NCBI GenBank assembly: GCA_965242725.1
Contig: CBDESZ010000005.1
Span: 91,577 to 155,576 of the forward strand
Direction of reading: 5' to 3'
DNA: 64,000 nt
Source of the DNA: Alkalispirochaeta sp.
GTDB taxonomy: Bacteria > Spirochaetota > Spirochaetia > DSM-27196 > Alkalispirochaetaceae
Part shown: piece by piece, positions 22,470 through 32,702 of the stretch
Numbering within the stretch: the first letter of the stretch is position 1
Layout of the letters: the number at the start of each line of letters is the position of its first letter
Notes under the pieces: model-generated
Database searches by the model: none
Told to the model about the DNA's origin: nothing
The model's input: only the letters and a program-made list of their open reading frames with translations
Program-made: the position numbers and the translations under genes

Positions 22470-23671
22470 GTCTTGACCTCCCCGCTCTTTCGGTAGTCAC
22501 CGGGGGGCCTCCCGGCGATTCGCGTGAACATCCGGGTAAAATAGTGTTGACTCGCGTACCCCACTTCGTCCGCAACTTCGTAGATCATCTTGTCCTCGGC
22601 CCGGAGGAGCTGCATTGCCTTGCAGACCCGATACCGGTTGGTGAACTCGGAAAAACCGTATCCGGTGTTCTGTTTGAGCAACCGACTCACATAGGCCGGG
22701 CTCAGGGCCAACGCGTCCGAGGCCAATTCAAGGCTCAGGTCCTTGTTTCCGAACTCCTCGTCCAGGAACGATACAAACTTCCGCATAAACGCACTTACAT
22801 GGCCTTTGTGTTCGAGGGCATCCGTCAGCACTTCGTAGTCCTGGACAAATCCTTCATAGTCAAGCCGGCAGTCTCCGACTGCGATCTGCAAAGGAATGTT
22901 CAGGCTCGATTGCGCATCCTTCCGGATCAATTCGGCTGCGTCTGCCGTCAACTCGCCAAAAATCATGTACAACAGGCGCTCATACCGGTCCTCAAAACGG
23001 ATCCACGATGACCTGTCTCCGAGATGAATCTCTGCGAGTCTATTAACGGCGGTCTTCCGTACGTGGTGCTCCTCGAGATCTGCCGCAGTCCCTCCGTAGA
23101 ATCGGGCATTCAGTTGAATAGCCAGTAATCGCGCGCTTGCCGTCGCATCGAGGTGCAGAACCATTTTCCGATCGTTTATCTCGTCCTGTGAAGAAAATCC
23201 CTGAATCCAGTCGTCAAACAACTCCTGAATCAGGCCGTCTCGATTCCGCCGCACCTCGTTGGATGCCCATTGCAGCAGCTCGTTCTTCGTCCGCCGCTCA
23301 GCCAGTACTGAGGTGGCCCGGTCCAGGATTCGCCTCAGGGTCCGGGAATCTACGGGTTTCAGAACGTATTCGAAAATGGGCAACTCCACGGCCCGGCGGG
23401 CGTAATCAAACTCATCATGGCCCGTAATGACAATGACGATGCAGTTTTCGGCTTCCTCCCGGATCTGCTCGATGAAATCGAGCCCGTTCATCCGGGGCAT
23501 ACTGATGTCCACAAGCAGGATATCCGGTAGCTCCTCCCGGATTCGTTCCAGTGCTGCCACTCCGTCGCCGGCTTCTCCACAAATGATAAACTCGGCACCT
23601 GCCGACGAAATCAAACTGCCCAGGCGACGTCTGGTTTTGGGCTCGTCATCCGCGATGAACACCGTCCACAT
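22466..23671 (-). CDS. Response regulator with AraC HTH (YesN-like)
   Basis: REC domain plus C-terminal EVADEVGY...YFTRMF. Confidence 0.92.
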   Translation of the reverse strand: MWTVFIADDEPKTRRRLGSLISSAGAEFIICGEAGDGVAALERIREELPDILLVDISMPRMNGLDFIEQIREEAENCIVIVITGHDEFDYARRAVELPIFEYVLKPVDSRTLRRILDRATSVLAERRTKNELLQWASNEVRRNRDGLIQELFDDWIQGFSSQDEINDRKMVLHLDATASARLLAIQLNARFYGGTAADLEEHHVRKTAVNRLAEIHLGDRSSWIRFEDRYERLLYMIFGELTADAAELIRKDAQSSLNIPLQIAVGDCRLDYEGFVQDYEVLTDALEHKGHVSAFMRKFVSFLDEEFGNKDLSLELASDALALSPAYVSRLLKQNTGYGFSEFTNRYRVCKAMQLLRAEDKMIYEVADEVGYASQHYFTRMFTRIAGRPPGDYRKSGEVKT

Positions 23672-23680
23672 ACAGTCCTC

Positions 23681-25513
23681 CTATACCTTCTCGCGGATGA
23701 TTGGATGTCGAATGGTGACGTCCGTGCCTCTATTCTCACTGCTGACGACGGTAATCCCATACTCGTCGCCATATGTCAGACTTATCCTATCGTTTACATT
23801 ATAAAGGGCAAACGCCGTCCGATCGGGTTCGTGATTGACGTGAGACAACCCCTGGCTGATCTGGGCCAGTTCCGCGGCCGGTATGCCTACACCGTCGTCG
23901 GCCACCGTGAGCTCAAGCACGTCGGCGTTCTCCGCGATATTCACGCGAATGGTACCGGATCCCGATTTCTCCTTTATGCCGTGATAGATGGCGTTTTCCA
24001 CCAGAGGTTGGAGGATCATCTTTTGAACCTGTAGTCCCGTAAGGTTCTCCGGGCACTCTACCGAGAAATCGAACTTCTCCTCATATCTAAGCTTCTGAAT
24101 CGTCAGGTAACTCCTGACGTGATCGATCTCGTCACCCAGCGAAATCATCTCCCTGCCCTGGCTCAGGGCGATCCTGAATAGCCGCGTCAGCGCCATCACG
24201 GCCTCCGCGATCTGGTCGTGCCCCTTTTCTTCTGCCATCCAGAGAATCGTATCCAGCGTGTTATACAGGAAGTGTGGTTTAATCTGCTGTTGCAGGATCC
24301 GCAGCTCCGCTTCATGTTTTGCCTTCTGCTCCGTGTATACCAGATCCAGCAACGTCTGAATCCGATCCAGCATGGAGTTCAGCCCTTGGCCCAGATCGTC
24401 GATCTCGTCCCGGCTATTGCCGTCGTATCGAACATCCAGATCGCCGTGGCCCGCTCGTTCCATTACTGAACGGAGGTGTAGAACCGGCTTTGAGATTGCC
24501 GTGGAGTACACCATTGAAATGACGACGGTGAGCGCAATCGTAACCAGCGCGATGATCAATGCAGACATCTGTACAAATCGTACCGGTTGGAGTGCCTCGT
24601 CCAGGTAATAGACCCCTATCGTTTTCCAGCCCATATACGGAGATTCGGCAAAAATGAACCGGTATCCCCGGTTGTCTATCGTCCGTTCCACGATCTGGCT
24701 GCTATTGGTGAACCAATCCGGATTTATCCGGTACACGATCGAATTGACGGGAGCGTATACGATCTCCTCATTCCCGTCGACGATCATATAAAACGCCGAC
24801 TCACCCCTTGATAGACCCTGGAACGAATCCTCCAGGTAGTCCAGGGACAAATCAACCATCAGCACTCCCGCAAACGTCCCAGTTTCCGGATCGTCGATCG
24901 ACTTAATAACCGACACAATCTCGTCCGGTCCAATACCGGAGGGATTCCGCAAATTCCGCCCGATCGGCCGTGTGACCAAACTGAAATCGCCGGGAGTCGT
25001 GCTTGCCTGGACAAACCAATCCTCCTGGGGCAGCGGATCGCGCATGATTCGTTCAAGGTCACTGGCGACAAATCTTCCGGACTTTGTGACCGCAATCATC
25101 CCCGCTATCTCGGGATGGGAATCCATGGTCGCCCGGAAAAGTCGGGTAATCAGTTCAGTTTCGTCATCCGAACCACGAGCGGTCGCCTCAGAAACCTCTG
25201 CGTGCATTTCATACATGCCGGCGGAAACACTGACGGAAGAGGGCTGCCCGGCCTGGTGTTCCGGTCGACTGAGGAAGAACCGGCCTATCATCTCGTCCTG
25301 CAGAATCATATCCAGCAGCTTCTCCTGGTCCCGGATCGTGAGTTCAAGGTTGTGAGTGACCCGTTCCACCATATCCCTGGTGTACCTGGCAGAGAGCTCC
25401 GCCACTGAACGGGAATACAGAATCGGCGCGACGATACCCAGCGTGAGAATAGGGAGGAGAATGATCGTCGAAAAATAAATCAGGACCCGCTCACGGAACC
25501 TGGCTTTTGCCAT
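23681..25513 (-). CDS. Sensor histidine kinase (YesM/LytS type)
   Basis: QIKPHFLYNTL, LQPLVENAIYHG; start placed at MAKARF (uncertain). Confidence 0.92.
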   Translation of the reverse strand: MAKARFRERVLIYFSTIILLPILTLGIVAPILYSRSVAELSARYTRDMVERVTHNLELTIRDQEKLLDMILQDEMIGRFFLSRPEHQAGQPSSVSVSAGMYEMHAEVSEATARGSDDETELITRLFRATMDSHPEIAGMIAVTKSGRFVASDLERIMRDPLPQEDWFVQASTTPGDFSLVTRPIGRNLRNPSGIGPDEIVSVIKSIDDPETGTFAGVLMVDLSLDYLEDSFQGLSRGESAFYMIVDGNEEIVYAPVNSIVYRINPDWFTNSSQIVERTIDNRGYRFIFAESPYMGWKTIGVYYLDEALQPVRFVQMSALIIALVTIALTVVISMVYSTAISKPVLHLRSVMERAGHGDLDVRYDGNSRDEIDDLGQGLNSMLDRIQTLLDLVYTEQKAKHEAELRILQQQIKPHFLYNTLDTILWMAEEKGHDQIAEAVMALTRLFRIALSQGREMISLGDEIDHVRSYLTIQKLRYEEKFDFSVECPENLTGLQVQKMILQPLVENAIYHGIKEKSGSGTIRVNIAENADVLELTVADDGVGIPAAELAQISQGLSHVNHEPDRTAFALYNVNDRISLTYGDEYGITVVSSENRGTDVTIRHPIIREKV

Positions 25514-26202
25514 AAACAGAGATTGTATACCGCGAATTCGCGAGCTGGCAATGTTGGTGATGTAGTCCCTGTGGAGGGGGCTTCGGGTACTCCATGTCGA
25601 AAGCCTTCTCCGCCGGCTTCTCGATGGATGTGGCTCCGGCGCGATACTCATTGTTCAATCCGACAACCGATCTTTTTTACGTATGACTTGCCCCCGGGAC
25701 GGCAAACGGGGGAGTGCATCTGAATCTGCGTGGTCAGGTACCTCTTAAGTTCAGCGAAGCACGGAATGGCGCCACCCGGCACGTTGACCCAGCCCGAACT
25801 CTTTGCCTCGGCCGGTATCGCACATAACTTGCATCGAAGGTCTGATTGCCGGTGATGTTTCCGACCGCCGATTCGATTTCGGGAGTCCAAGGACGGAACA
25901 GCACGGACACAATCACCTCCTGACGGCCATGACGTATTCCAAGGATGGCTCCGTCAACGGCGCGGGCGACAAACCGGTAGCCAGTCCCGAACCAGGGAAG
26001 AAAACGGGAAGCGTCCGTTGATTGTTCTTTTCGTCTGCTGTGACCCGGAAGAGATGGTTCCGATCTTCGTACCGGTGGACCCCATGGAAATCATGATAGG
26101 TGCCGGACGCCGCTCCGAGGAACAGGCGTGCTTTATTCTGCACGATCTCGGGGAAAATGAGTATCTTTCAAAAGTGTCAAATATAGAAACGAACCGGGAG
26201 GA

Positions 26203-26898
26203 ATGTATATGAAGTTACAACGTTGGGGTGGTGTAGCCGCTCTCTATCACGGTGCCGCCTACATCTTCGCCATGATTTTCTTCCTCGTACTCGTCGACTA
26301 CTCAGGCGTCAGCGACGCCGGTGAGAAAGTTTCCCTGCTCGCCGCGAACACCGGTGCAATGTACGGGATGATGTTCGTCGCCTACATTCTCTTTGGCGTT
26401 CTCCTGGTCGTTCTTTCTCTCGCCCTTCGCCAAAGGCTGCGAAACCAGGCGCCGGCACTTGTAGACGTTGCTACGGTCTTCGGAATCATCTGGGCGACCA
26501 TCCTCATTGCGGCGGGAATGATATTCAACGTCGGAATGCACGCGGTTGTGGAGATGGCCGCGACCAATCCCGATCGAGCCCACGTTGTCTGGACCGTCGT
26601 GGAACTCGTTCACGACGGCATCGGCGGCGGGAGCGAGATCGTCGGAGGTGTCTGGATCCTCTTGCTGAGCATCGCGGCCCTCCGCGTTTCCCGGCCCGAG
26701 AGCGGCGCCTCCGATGAAGGTGCGGTCCTAGTGCGGCCGCTCCCCCGGGCGCTCAACTACCTGGGCGTCGTTATCGGTGCCGCCGGAATCCTCTCCGACA
26801 TCCCGGGACTCGGCGAGATACTGGGTATCGTCTTTGGACTGCTCCAGATCGTCTGGTTCTTCTGGCTCGGTTCACACTTGATTAGCCGCGCCGGATAG
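26203..26898 (+). CDS. Membrane protein (DUF4386-like)
   Basis: Six TM-like segments, GIGGGSEIVGGVW. Confidence 0.7.
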   Translation: MYMKLQRWGGVAALYHGAAYIFAMIFFLVLVDYSGVSDAGEKVSLLAANTGAMYGMMFVAYILFGVLLVVLSLALRQRLRNQAPALVDVATVFGIIWATILIAAGMIFNVGMHAVVEMAATNPDRAHVVWTVVELVHDGIGGGSEIVGGVWILLLSIAALRVSRPESGASDEGAVLVRPLPRALNYLGVVIGAAGILSDIPGLGEILGIVFGLLQIVWFFWLGSHLISRAG

Positions 26899-26947
26899 GG
26901 ACGCAACGGGCGCGGTAGAACACCGGATTTCAGACCCATTCCCTCTG

Positions 26948-27096
26948 TTCTATACTCGTTTGGCCGTACTTCACCGCCGCCGCCTCGGTACCGTTAAACC
27001 GGTCGTTGCCAATATCCGTAGCGCATCGGGCTGGATCGCTTCACCTTGCGCGGATGGAAGAAGGTCGACACGCAATGGAAGCTTTACTGCCTGGTA
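26948..27096 (+). pseudogene. IS1182-family transposase C-terminal relic
   Basis: Encodes (frameshifted) GTVKPVVANIRSA/GLDRFTLRGWKKVDTQWKLYCLV, similar to the C-terminus of 39436-40992. Confidence 0.8.
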
Positions 27097-27145
27097 CGTT
27101 AACTGCGCATCATGAATTGGCCGCAGTTTCGCTAAGTTGTTATAT
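27097..27145 (-). repeat. Partial attC (distal end of array)
   Basis: GTTATATT at 27139 complements the core at 28779; other arm replaced by the IS1182 relic. Confidence 0.4.
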
Positions 27146-27234
27146 TATAAGCGATTAACGCGCCAAAAAATGTTCGGGAGCACCGATTTGTTTTATTGCG
27201 TGCAAAACAAAGCACCTCACACTGTTCAGTCGAC

Positions 27235-27825
27235 TTACTTCTTTAACAAAGCACCCAATGCTACCTGCTGTAGCTTACTAAATGCAGATGGTTCCATTCG
27301 TTCATATTCCAAATAGGCAGGGCTATATACCATTCCGACACCGAGAACATCGAAATAAACGAGTAAGGTCTCATTACTAACGCTATCTTCGATCTCGCCG
27401 GCTCTGCGTCCAGCTTCTATAAATGGAACGGCAGTATTCTCGATTGCCGTACGACGAAGCTCCAGAATCTCAGATCGAATTTCCGGGGATTCCGTGCGGA
27501 GCCACTCGGTTAACTCGCCGCCATAGGCTTGAATCGATCGACTTTTGATATCAAATAGTTCAAACAGCTTGTCTCTATAATTCTTTTCGCTCCCTAAGAG
27601 CTTTTCTATCACCGATGCTAACTCCTGGAAATAGCGGATTATACTTTCCCGGATCAGATCATTCTTGGTTCCGAAATTTTTAAAAACGGTCACTCGAGAT
27701 GCTCCCGCATTCCGTGCTATTTCTGTAACACTAACGTTTCTCATGCCATTACGAGCAAACAGTTTGGTCGCCGCTTGTAGAATTTCTTCCCGTTTCTTGA
27801 GTCGGCGCGAATCGTGACCATTCAT
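27235..27825 (-). CDS. TetR/AcrR family regulator
   Basis: N-terminal HTH ILQAATKLF...SVTEIARNAGASRVTVFKNFGTK. Confidence 0.9.
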   Translation of the reverse strand: MNGHDSRRLKKREEILQAATKLFARNGMRNVSVTEIARNAGASRVTVFKNFGTKNDLIRESIIRYFQELASVIEKLLGSEKNYRDKLFELFDIKSRSIQAYGGELTEWLRTESPEIRSEILELRRTAIENTAVPFIEAGRRAGEIEDSVSNETLLVYFDVLGVGMVYSPAYLEYERMEPSAFSKLQQVALGALLKK

Positions 27826-27945
27826 ATCTATTTCATCTTACCGTTAGTGAAGCACCAAGACGAGGGTAATCACTTGATCCCAACGGAAACTCGTTTTAAA
27901 ATGTACTATAATCGCTCCGATAGTTCATATTTATTTGGGGGGCGT

Positions 27946-28740
27946 ATGACGATTTCTCATTTCCTCTACAACGCGTTTACTATAGAGCATCGGAGTTTGC
28001 GCATTGCGATTGATCCTGGCGCAGATCTATTCCTTTTCCGTTTCAAACCACTTATCCCAACGGACAGTTGGAAATCCTTCACCCATACGTTTGTCACTCA
28101 CGCAGATCCTGACCACCATTGGTACACCGACAAAGTCGCGGCCGCTTCTGGCTCACCGATTATCTGTGGAAGAGGAATGACAAGGACACGTGGAGAGAAA
28201 ACCTATCTGCTTGGGCCGCGTAGCCGTGGCTTAGCTTTCGACTACGAACCTCCGTTACTTCATTCTATCTCCGTTGGTGAGACACTCGAAATCACTCCCG
28301 AATTATCCGTAACCGGAATCCCCGCCCGACACGGACCTCTTTCATTCCGGTTTGGACCGTTCAAGAAAACGTTTCGCCCAGGACCCACGGAGCGTATCGG
28401 CTACGGGGCGATAGGATTCGTTATACAAATTGAAAACACATCAATCGTGAACTTGGGAGACACCTTATTCTTAGGCGACCAATGGTCGAGTATCAACGAA
28501 CCGGACGTTCTGATGATTCCTATCGGAGGCGACTTGATTGGAAATACTATGGGTATTGACGACGCGCTTAAAGTCGTTCGACAAATTCAGCCAAGAATCG
28601 TGATCCCCTGTCATTTTAATATCCCATCCTTTTTCCGGATCAATGGAAACCCAACAGACGTATCCTTGTTCGTTCGCGAAATCGAAGAATCCGGATCGGA
28701 ATGCCGAATACTCACGAGAGGCGAATCTATCGTAATCTAG
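27946..28740 (+). CDS. MBL-fold metallo-hydrolase (UlaG-like)
   Basis: THADPDH, LGDT, IPIGG, IPCHF motifs. Confidence 0.88.
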   Translation: MTISHFLYNAFTIEHRSLRIAIDPGADLFLFRFKPLIPTDSWKSFTHTFVTHADPDHHWYTDKVAAASGSPIICGRGMTRTRGEKTYLLGPRSRGLAFDYEPPLLHSISVGETLEITPELSVTGIPARHGPLSFRFGPFKKTFRPGPTERIGYGAIGFVIQIENTSIVNLGDTLFLGDQWSSINEPDVLMIPIGGDLIGNTMGIDDALKVVRQIQPRIVIPCHFNIPSFFRINGNPTDVSLFVREIEESGSECRILTRGESIVI

Positions 28741-28772
28741 ATTCAACGAAAATCAGTTCGCAGTTCACGCGA

Positions 28773-28850
28773 ATATAACGTTCGCGTTAATAGCCGGCTC
28801 CGGCCCGCGCGCAAGCGTGGGCATGGCACGGAAATTGCGCGTGACATAGA
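28773..28850 (-). repeat. Partial/degenerate attC
   Basis: ATATAAC followed by the arm shared with other attC (GCCGGCTCCGGCCCG...TGGCACG); distal arm not clearly recognisable. Confidence 0.55.
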
Positions 28851-29033
28851 GTAGATAGGGTCCAACAACCGGCGAATCATGGAACAGATCGGATATCGGT
28901 CTCCACAAGAAGTCGAAATCGAGTACTATCAAGAACATTCAACCTGTCCGTTGAAACCGGGGCGGTTCACGGTTCGGATGTCGATGGGCATTTCCCGATT
29001 GTTCTCATGATTTCACCGGCACGCAGTGCATTC

Positions 29034-29354
29034 TTATCTAATGTTACGCCGCAAAAGGATATCCTCAATATTCCGTCTTCCGTCAATTACCGCATGGACA
29101 AGAATGCGTTCACCATCGATTGTGTAGAATAATCTCCACGGCGGTATAACGATTTCCCGATATTTCGTGATGTTTTGGCGCTCTAATTCCGGAATCACTC
29201 GTCCTGATTCAGGTTGCCGCGTTAGCTGCTTGACCGACGTATCGATCATGTCGAGGAATGATTTGGCGTGGTGGGTTGAGTGATTATTCAGAATCCACGA
29301 AACGATGTCCTCGAGATCGTGTGCGGCAATGGTCGACCAAATGATCTGAAGCAT
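29034..29354 (-). CDS. RelE/ParE family toxin
   Basis: IIWSTIAAHDLEDI...PESGRVIPEL...YREIVIPPWRLFY. Confidence 0.9.
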   Translation of the reverse strand: MLQIIWSTIAAHDLEDIVSWILNNHSTHHAKSFLDMIDTSVKQLTRQPESGRVIPELERQNITKYREIVIPPWRLFYTIDGERILVHAVIDGRRNIEDILLRRNIR

Positions 29355-29369
29355 TGATTGCGTGGCCGT

Positions 29370-29651
29370 CTATGTCTGGGTATTGATCCGATTTCTTACA
29401 AACGACATGGCTTCCTCATGAGACAACGTATTGTCGCGTTGGAGATCATGTTCGCTTTGAGAGATTAATTTCATAATACCGAGAGCATCTTTCATCTCCT
29501 GGAATGAAGCGGTATCGAGCAGGACTGCTTTTGCCTCACCATTCTGGGTGATCACGATCGGGTTGTGGGATTCATTCACCTGACGAAGCATTTCTGCGGC
29601 ATTTGATTTGACATACGAGATGGGTCGGATATCGGATTGTAGATTCATCAC
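29370..29651 (-). CDS. Phd/YefM family antitoxin
   Basis: IRPISYVKSNAAEML...PIVITQNGEAKAVL. Confidence 0.92.
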   Translation of the reverse strand: MMNLQSDIRPISYVKSNAAEMLRQVNESHNPIVITQNGEAKAVLLDTASFQEMKDALGIMKLISQSEHDLQRDNTLSHEEAMSFVRNRINTQT

Positions 29652-29716
29652 GTCTCCAGTCCGAATATAGTCACTTATTTAGTCGTCGTGGTCAAGCTTT
29701 CGGAAATAAAAGGGCG

Positions 29717-29875
29717 TCGTAACGTGGAGCTGACGTGCCGGCTTCGTTCCCGAGGCTTCGCCGAGGAATTGGCGGATAATTGCGCGTAACGAGAATACTA
29801 AAATACGTTTAATTCATTTCCCCAAAATCAATTAACGTGAGAAAGAAACGGTCGAATCAAGCGACCATGTTATGT
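29717..29875 (-). repeat. attC (159 bp, AT-rich expanded apex)
   Basis: TCGTAAC...GTTATGT ends; TAATTG/CAATTA closes an AT-rich loop; inverse core resembles the core at 32583. Confidence 0.7.
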
Positions 29876-29929
29876 CCTGGTGTCGATTTCGTTCGTACGT
29901 TTTTTTGAATTCGACCCCACGAATGGGTA

Positions 29930-31328
29930 GAGTCCCATAGAGTGGTGTAAAAAGCGGTGGAACTAAACAGCCACCGCGCGTCTCCGGTAAGCTGTGAATC
30001 GACCAAAACACACAGCAAGGAGACGAACACGGTGACCACTGAAAGCATCGCATTGATGGAGCTGATTGAAAAGCACGGCGACAAGGACTTCCTCAGAGAA
30101 ATTGGCCAATGGACCCTTCAGCGGCTTATGGAGTTGGAAGTTGAGCAGCAGGTGGGCGCCGGACCGCACGAGCGGACTGACGATCGGACTACCCATCGTA
30201 ACGGCTATCGGGATCGAACATTGGAGACACGAATCGGATCGCTGTCATTGCGAATTCCGAAGCTTCGGTCCGGTAGCTATTTCCCGTCGTTTCTGGACCC
30301 CCGGAAGAAGAGTGAGCACGCCCTCGTCGCGGTTGTCCAGGAGGCGTACATCAACGGCGTCAGCACCCGTAAGGTCGATGATCTGGTTCAGTCGATGGGA
30401 ATGACCGGGATATCCAAGAGCCAGGTATCGCGGCTTTGCGCGGAACTGGACGAGCAGGTAAAAACGTTCCTGGAACGTCCTCTCAGCGGGGACTGGGCGT
30501 ATGTCTGGTTTGACGCGACGTACGTGAAGTCGCGGAACGATGGACGAGTTGTGAGCCGTGCGATTGTTGTTGCGGTGGGAGTAAGTGCCGAAGGACGCCG
30601 TGAAGTGCTCGGAATCGCCGTCGGACCGGCTGAGACAGAGGCGTTCTGGATGGAGTTTCTGCGTTCCCTGGTAGCACGAGGACTCTCCGGGGTGCGATTG
30701 GTGATCTCCGATGCCCACATCGGGTTGAAGAACGCCATCAGCCAAGTACTGGGAGCAACCTGGCAACGGTGTCGTGTGCACTTCATGCATCAGCCGCGTA
30801 CCGCAGGTACGAGGAACGCGGCGACAGGAATGCGTTGGCCCACGTACCTCGCAAGCAGCATCAGATGGTCGCCGCAGTGATCCGTACCGCATTCGTTCAA
30901 GAGAGCCGAGACGACGCGGTAGCGCAATGGCGGGAGACGGCCGATCGGCTGAGAGATCGTTTTCCGAAACTGGGAGAGCTCATGGATGACGCTGAGGCCG
31001 ATGTTCTCGCATTCATGACGTTCCCGAAAGAACATTGGCGGCAGATATCAAGCACGAACCCGCTGGAACGCATCAACAAGGAGATTAAGCGGCGGACCAA
31101 CGTTGTCGGCATCTTCCCGAATGATGGAGCGATCACCCGTCTGGTAGGAGCTCTGGTGAACGAACAATCGGATGAGTGGCAGGTAACTCGAAAGTATATG
31201 AGCCAGGAGAGCTTGCAGAAGGTTCTCAAACCGGCGTCGGAGCAGCGGATGTTGTCGGCGGAAGGAACGGATATGGTAGCGTAGGCTCAGCTACCGGAGA
31301 CGAAAAGTTACACCACTTGACGGGACGC
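29930..31328 (+). mobile_element. IS256-family insertion sequence
   Basis: Imperfect IRs GAGTCCCATAGAGTGGTGTAA / TTACACCACTTGACGGGACGC; no TSD seen. Confidence 0.88.
30032..31284 (+). pseudogene. IS256 (Mutator) transposase, frameshifted by a 38-bp insertion at 30788-30825
   Basis: RNGYR, DATYVK, SDAH, QRCRVHFM | RNALAHVP, STNPLERINKEIKRR; removing 38 bp restores the frame. Confidence 0.9.
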
Positions 31329-31524
31329 AACACACGAACGGGTTTCTGATTAAATCGCTCGTATTTCGTTGTATCCGGAGAGAAATATTTCTATCTTTCG
31401 AATAACACAGGTACTTATTCTCGCAGATGTACAAGATTAGGAATAACCGATTTCCAGTAAACGGTATTGGCGGCTCATCCGAAAAAGACATCGGTTAGTC
31501 GAAATATGACCAAGGAGGCAATCG

Positions 31525-32496
31525 ATGAAAGTGGTAAGTGTCCCCAAATACGGCTCTCCAGACGGACTTGAGATACGAGAAGTTCCGATTCCTGATCCAA
31601 GTTCGGGAGAAGTCTTGGTCAAACTATCCGCTGCATCGGTGAATGCCGGCGACTGGCATATTGTTCGGGGTACACCTTGGATCATTCGTTTGATGTTCGG
31701 CGTTAACAAACCAAAGATAACGGCGCTCGGTTCGGACATGGCCGGCATCGTCGAAACAGTTGGTGACGGCGTGACGAAGTTCGTTCCGGGGGATGCGGTG
31801 TTTGCATCACTACCAAACTTTGGCGCGTTTGCAGAGTATGCCCTGGTCTCATCGGACGCTTTGGTGAAAAAACCCACGGGACTCAGCTTCGAAGAGGCTG
31901 CAGCTATTCCACTATCCGGCGTGACGGCCTTGCAAGGGCTCAGGGACGTAGGCAAGATTACAAAAGATGATCGTGTTCTTATCATCGGCGCGTCGGGCGG
32001 CGTTGGTTCTTTTGCCGTCCAGATAGCGAAAGCTTTCGGTGCGCGAGTCACAGCCGTTTGCAGTACGACTAAAATACAGATGGTACAATCCCTTGGAGCA
32101 GATGAGGTTGTTGACTACAAAGTAGAAGACGTGACTTTACGTAGAAATGAGTTCGACCTCGTTCTTGATGCCGGCGCATTTCGTTCTATCTTCGACTATA
32201 GCGGGTGTCTTTCGAAGACCGGACGATACGTCCTCGTAGGAGGTTCCAACGCTCAGTTTTTTCAGGCAATGCTTCTGGGACCGCTGAGATCAAAAAAAAC
32301 AGGGCAGCGATTCGGTACGATGACCATGAAGTCCAACCCCGAAGACTTAGCGTTCCTCACAGGGCTTGTCGACGCGGGGAAGTTACGGTCGATCGTTGGG
32401 CAGCGCTTCTCTCTCACCGATGCCGCTGCGGCAGTGCGTTGCCTCGAAAACGGTTGCTCTACCGGGAAGGTCATCATCACAATCGCAAAAAGTTAA
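31525..32496 (+). CDS. NAD(P)-dependent alcohol dehydrogenase / quinone oxidoreductase (MDR family)
   Basis: AASVNAGD, GASGGVGSFAVQIAK, GKVIIT. Confidence 0.92.
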   Translation: MKVVSVPKYGSPDGLEIREVPIPDPSSGEVLVKLSAASVNAGDWHIVRGTPWIIRLMFGVNKPKITALGSDMAGIVETVGDGVTKFVPGDAVFASLPNFGAFAEYALVSSDALVKKPTGLSFEEAAAIPLSGVTALQGLRDVGKITKDDRVLIIGASGGVGSFAVQIAKAFGARVTAVCSTTKIQMVQSLGADEVVDYKVEDVTLRRNEFDLVLDAGAFRSIFDYSGCLSKTGRYVLVGGSNAQFFQAMLLGPLRSKKTGQRFGTMTMKSNPEDLAFLTGLVDAGKLRSIVGQRFSLTDAAAAVRCLENGCSTGKVIITIAKS

Positions 32497-32576
32497 CTCG
32501 AAATGTATCAAGATGCATCGATAGCCGAGTATTCGATACCGCCCGGTTTGAGAAGTTCACAATAAACTCGACCGGA

Positions 32577-32702
32577 ACATAACGACGACATCACCTGCAA
32601 TCTGCAGCCCGGAGCCGCGTAGCGGCGGAGGGATTGGCACGTGTTTTTGCGGATGCAAAAACCGTGACAAGAAAAATGTTGTAGTCCACCGAAATGCTAT
32701 AT
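32577..32702 (-). repeat. attC (126 bp) with mutated inverse core (AGC instead of AAC)
   Basis: Close to 34846-34970 in sequence; directly follows the AAA gene stop. Confidence 0.85.

Noticed and set aside
25648..26212. Several short ORFs between the kinase and the DUF4386-like gene
   Set aside because: No recognisable motifs; may be gene remnants but unsupported
26915..27010. AAC...GTT segment resembling an attC after the DUF4386-like gene
   Set aside because: L boxes pair poorly; better explained as the IS1182 transposase relic
29915..31345. CACGAATGGGT / CACGAACGGGT on either side of IS256 as a TSD
   Set aside because: Not flush with the IRs and not identical
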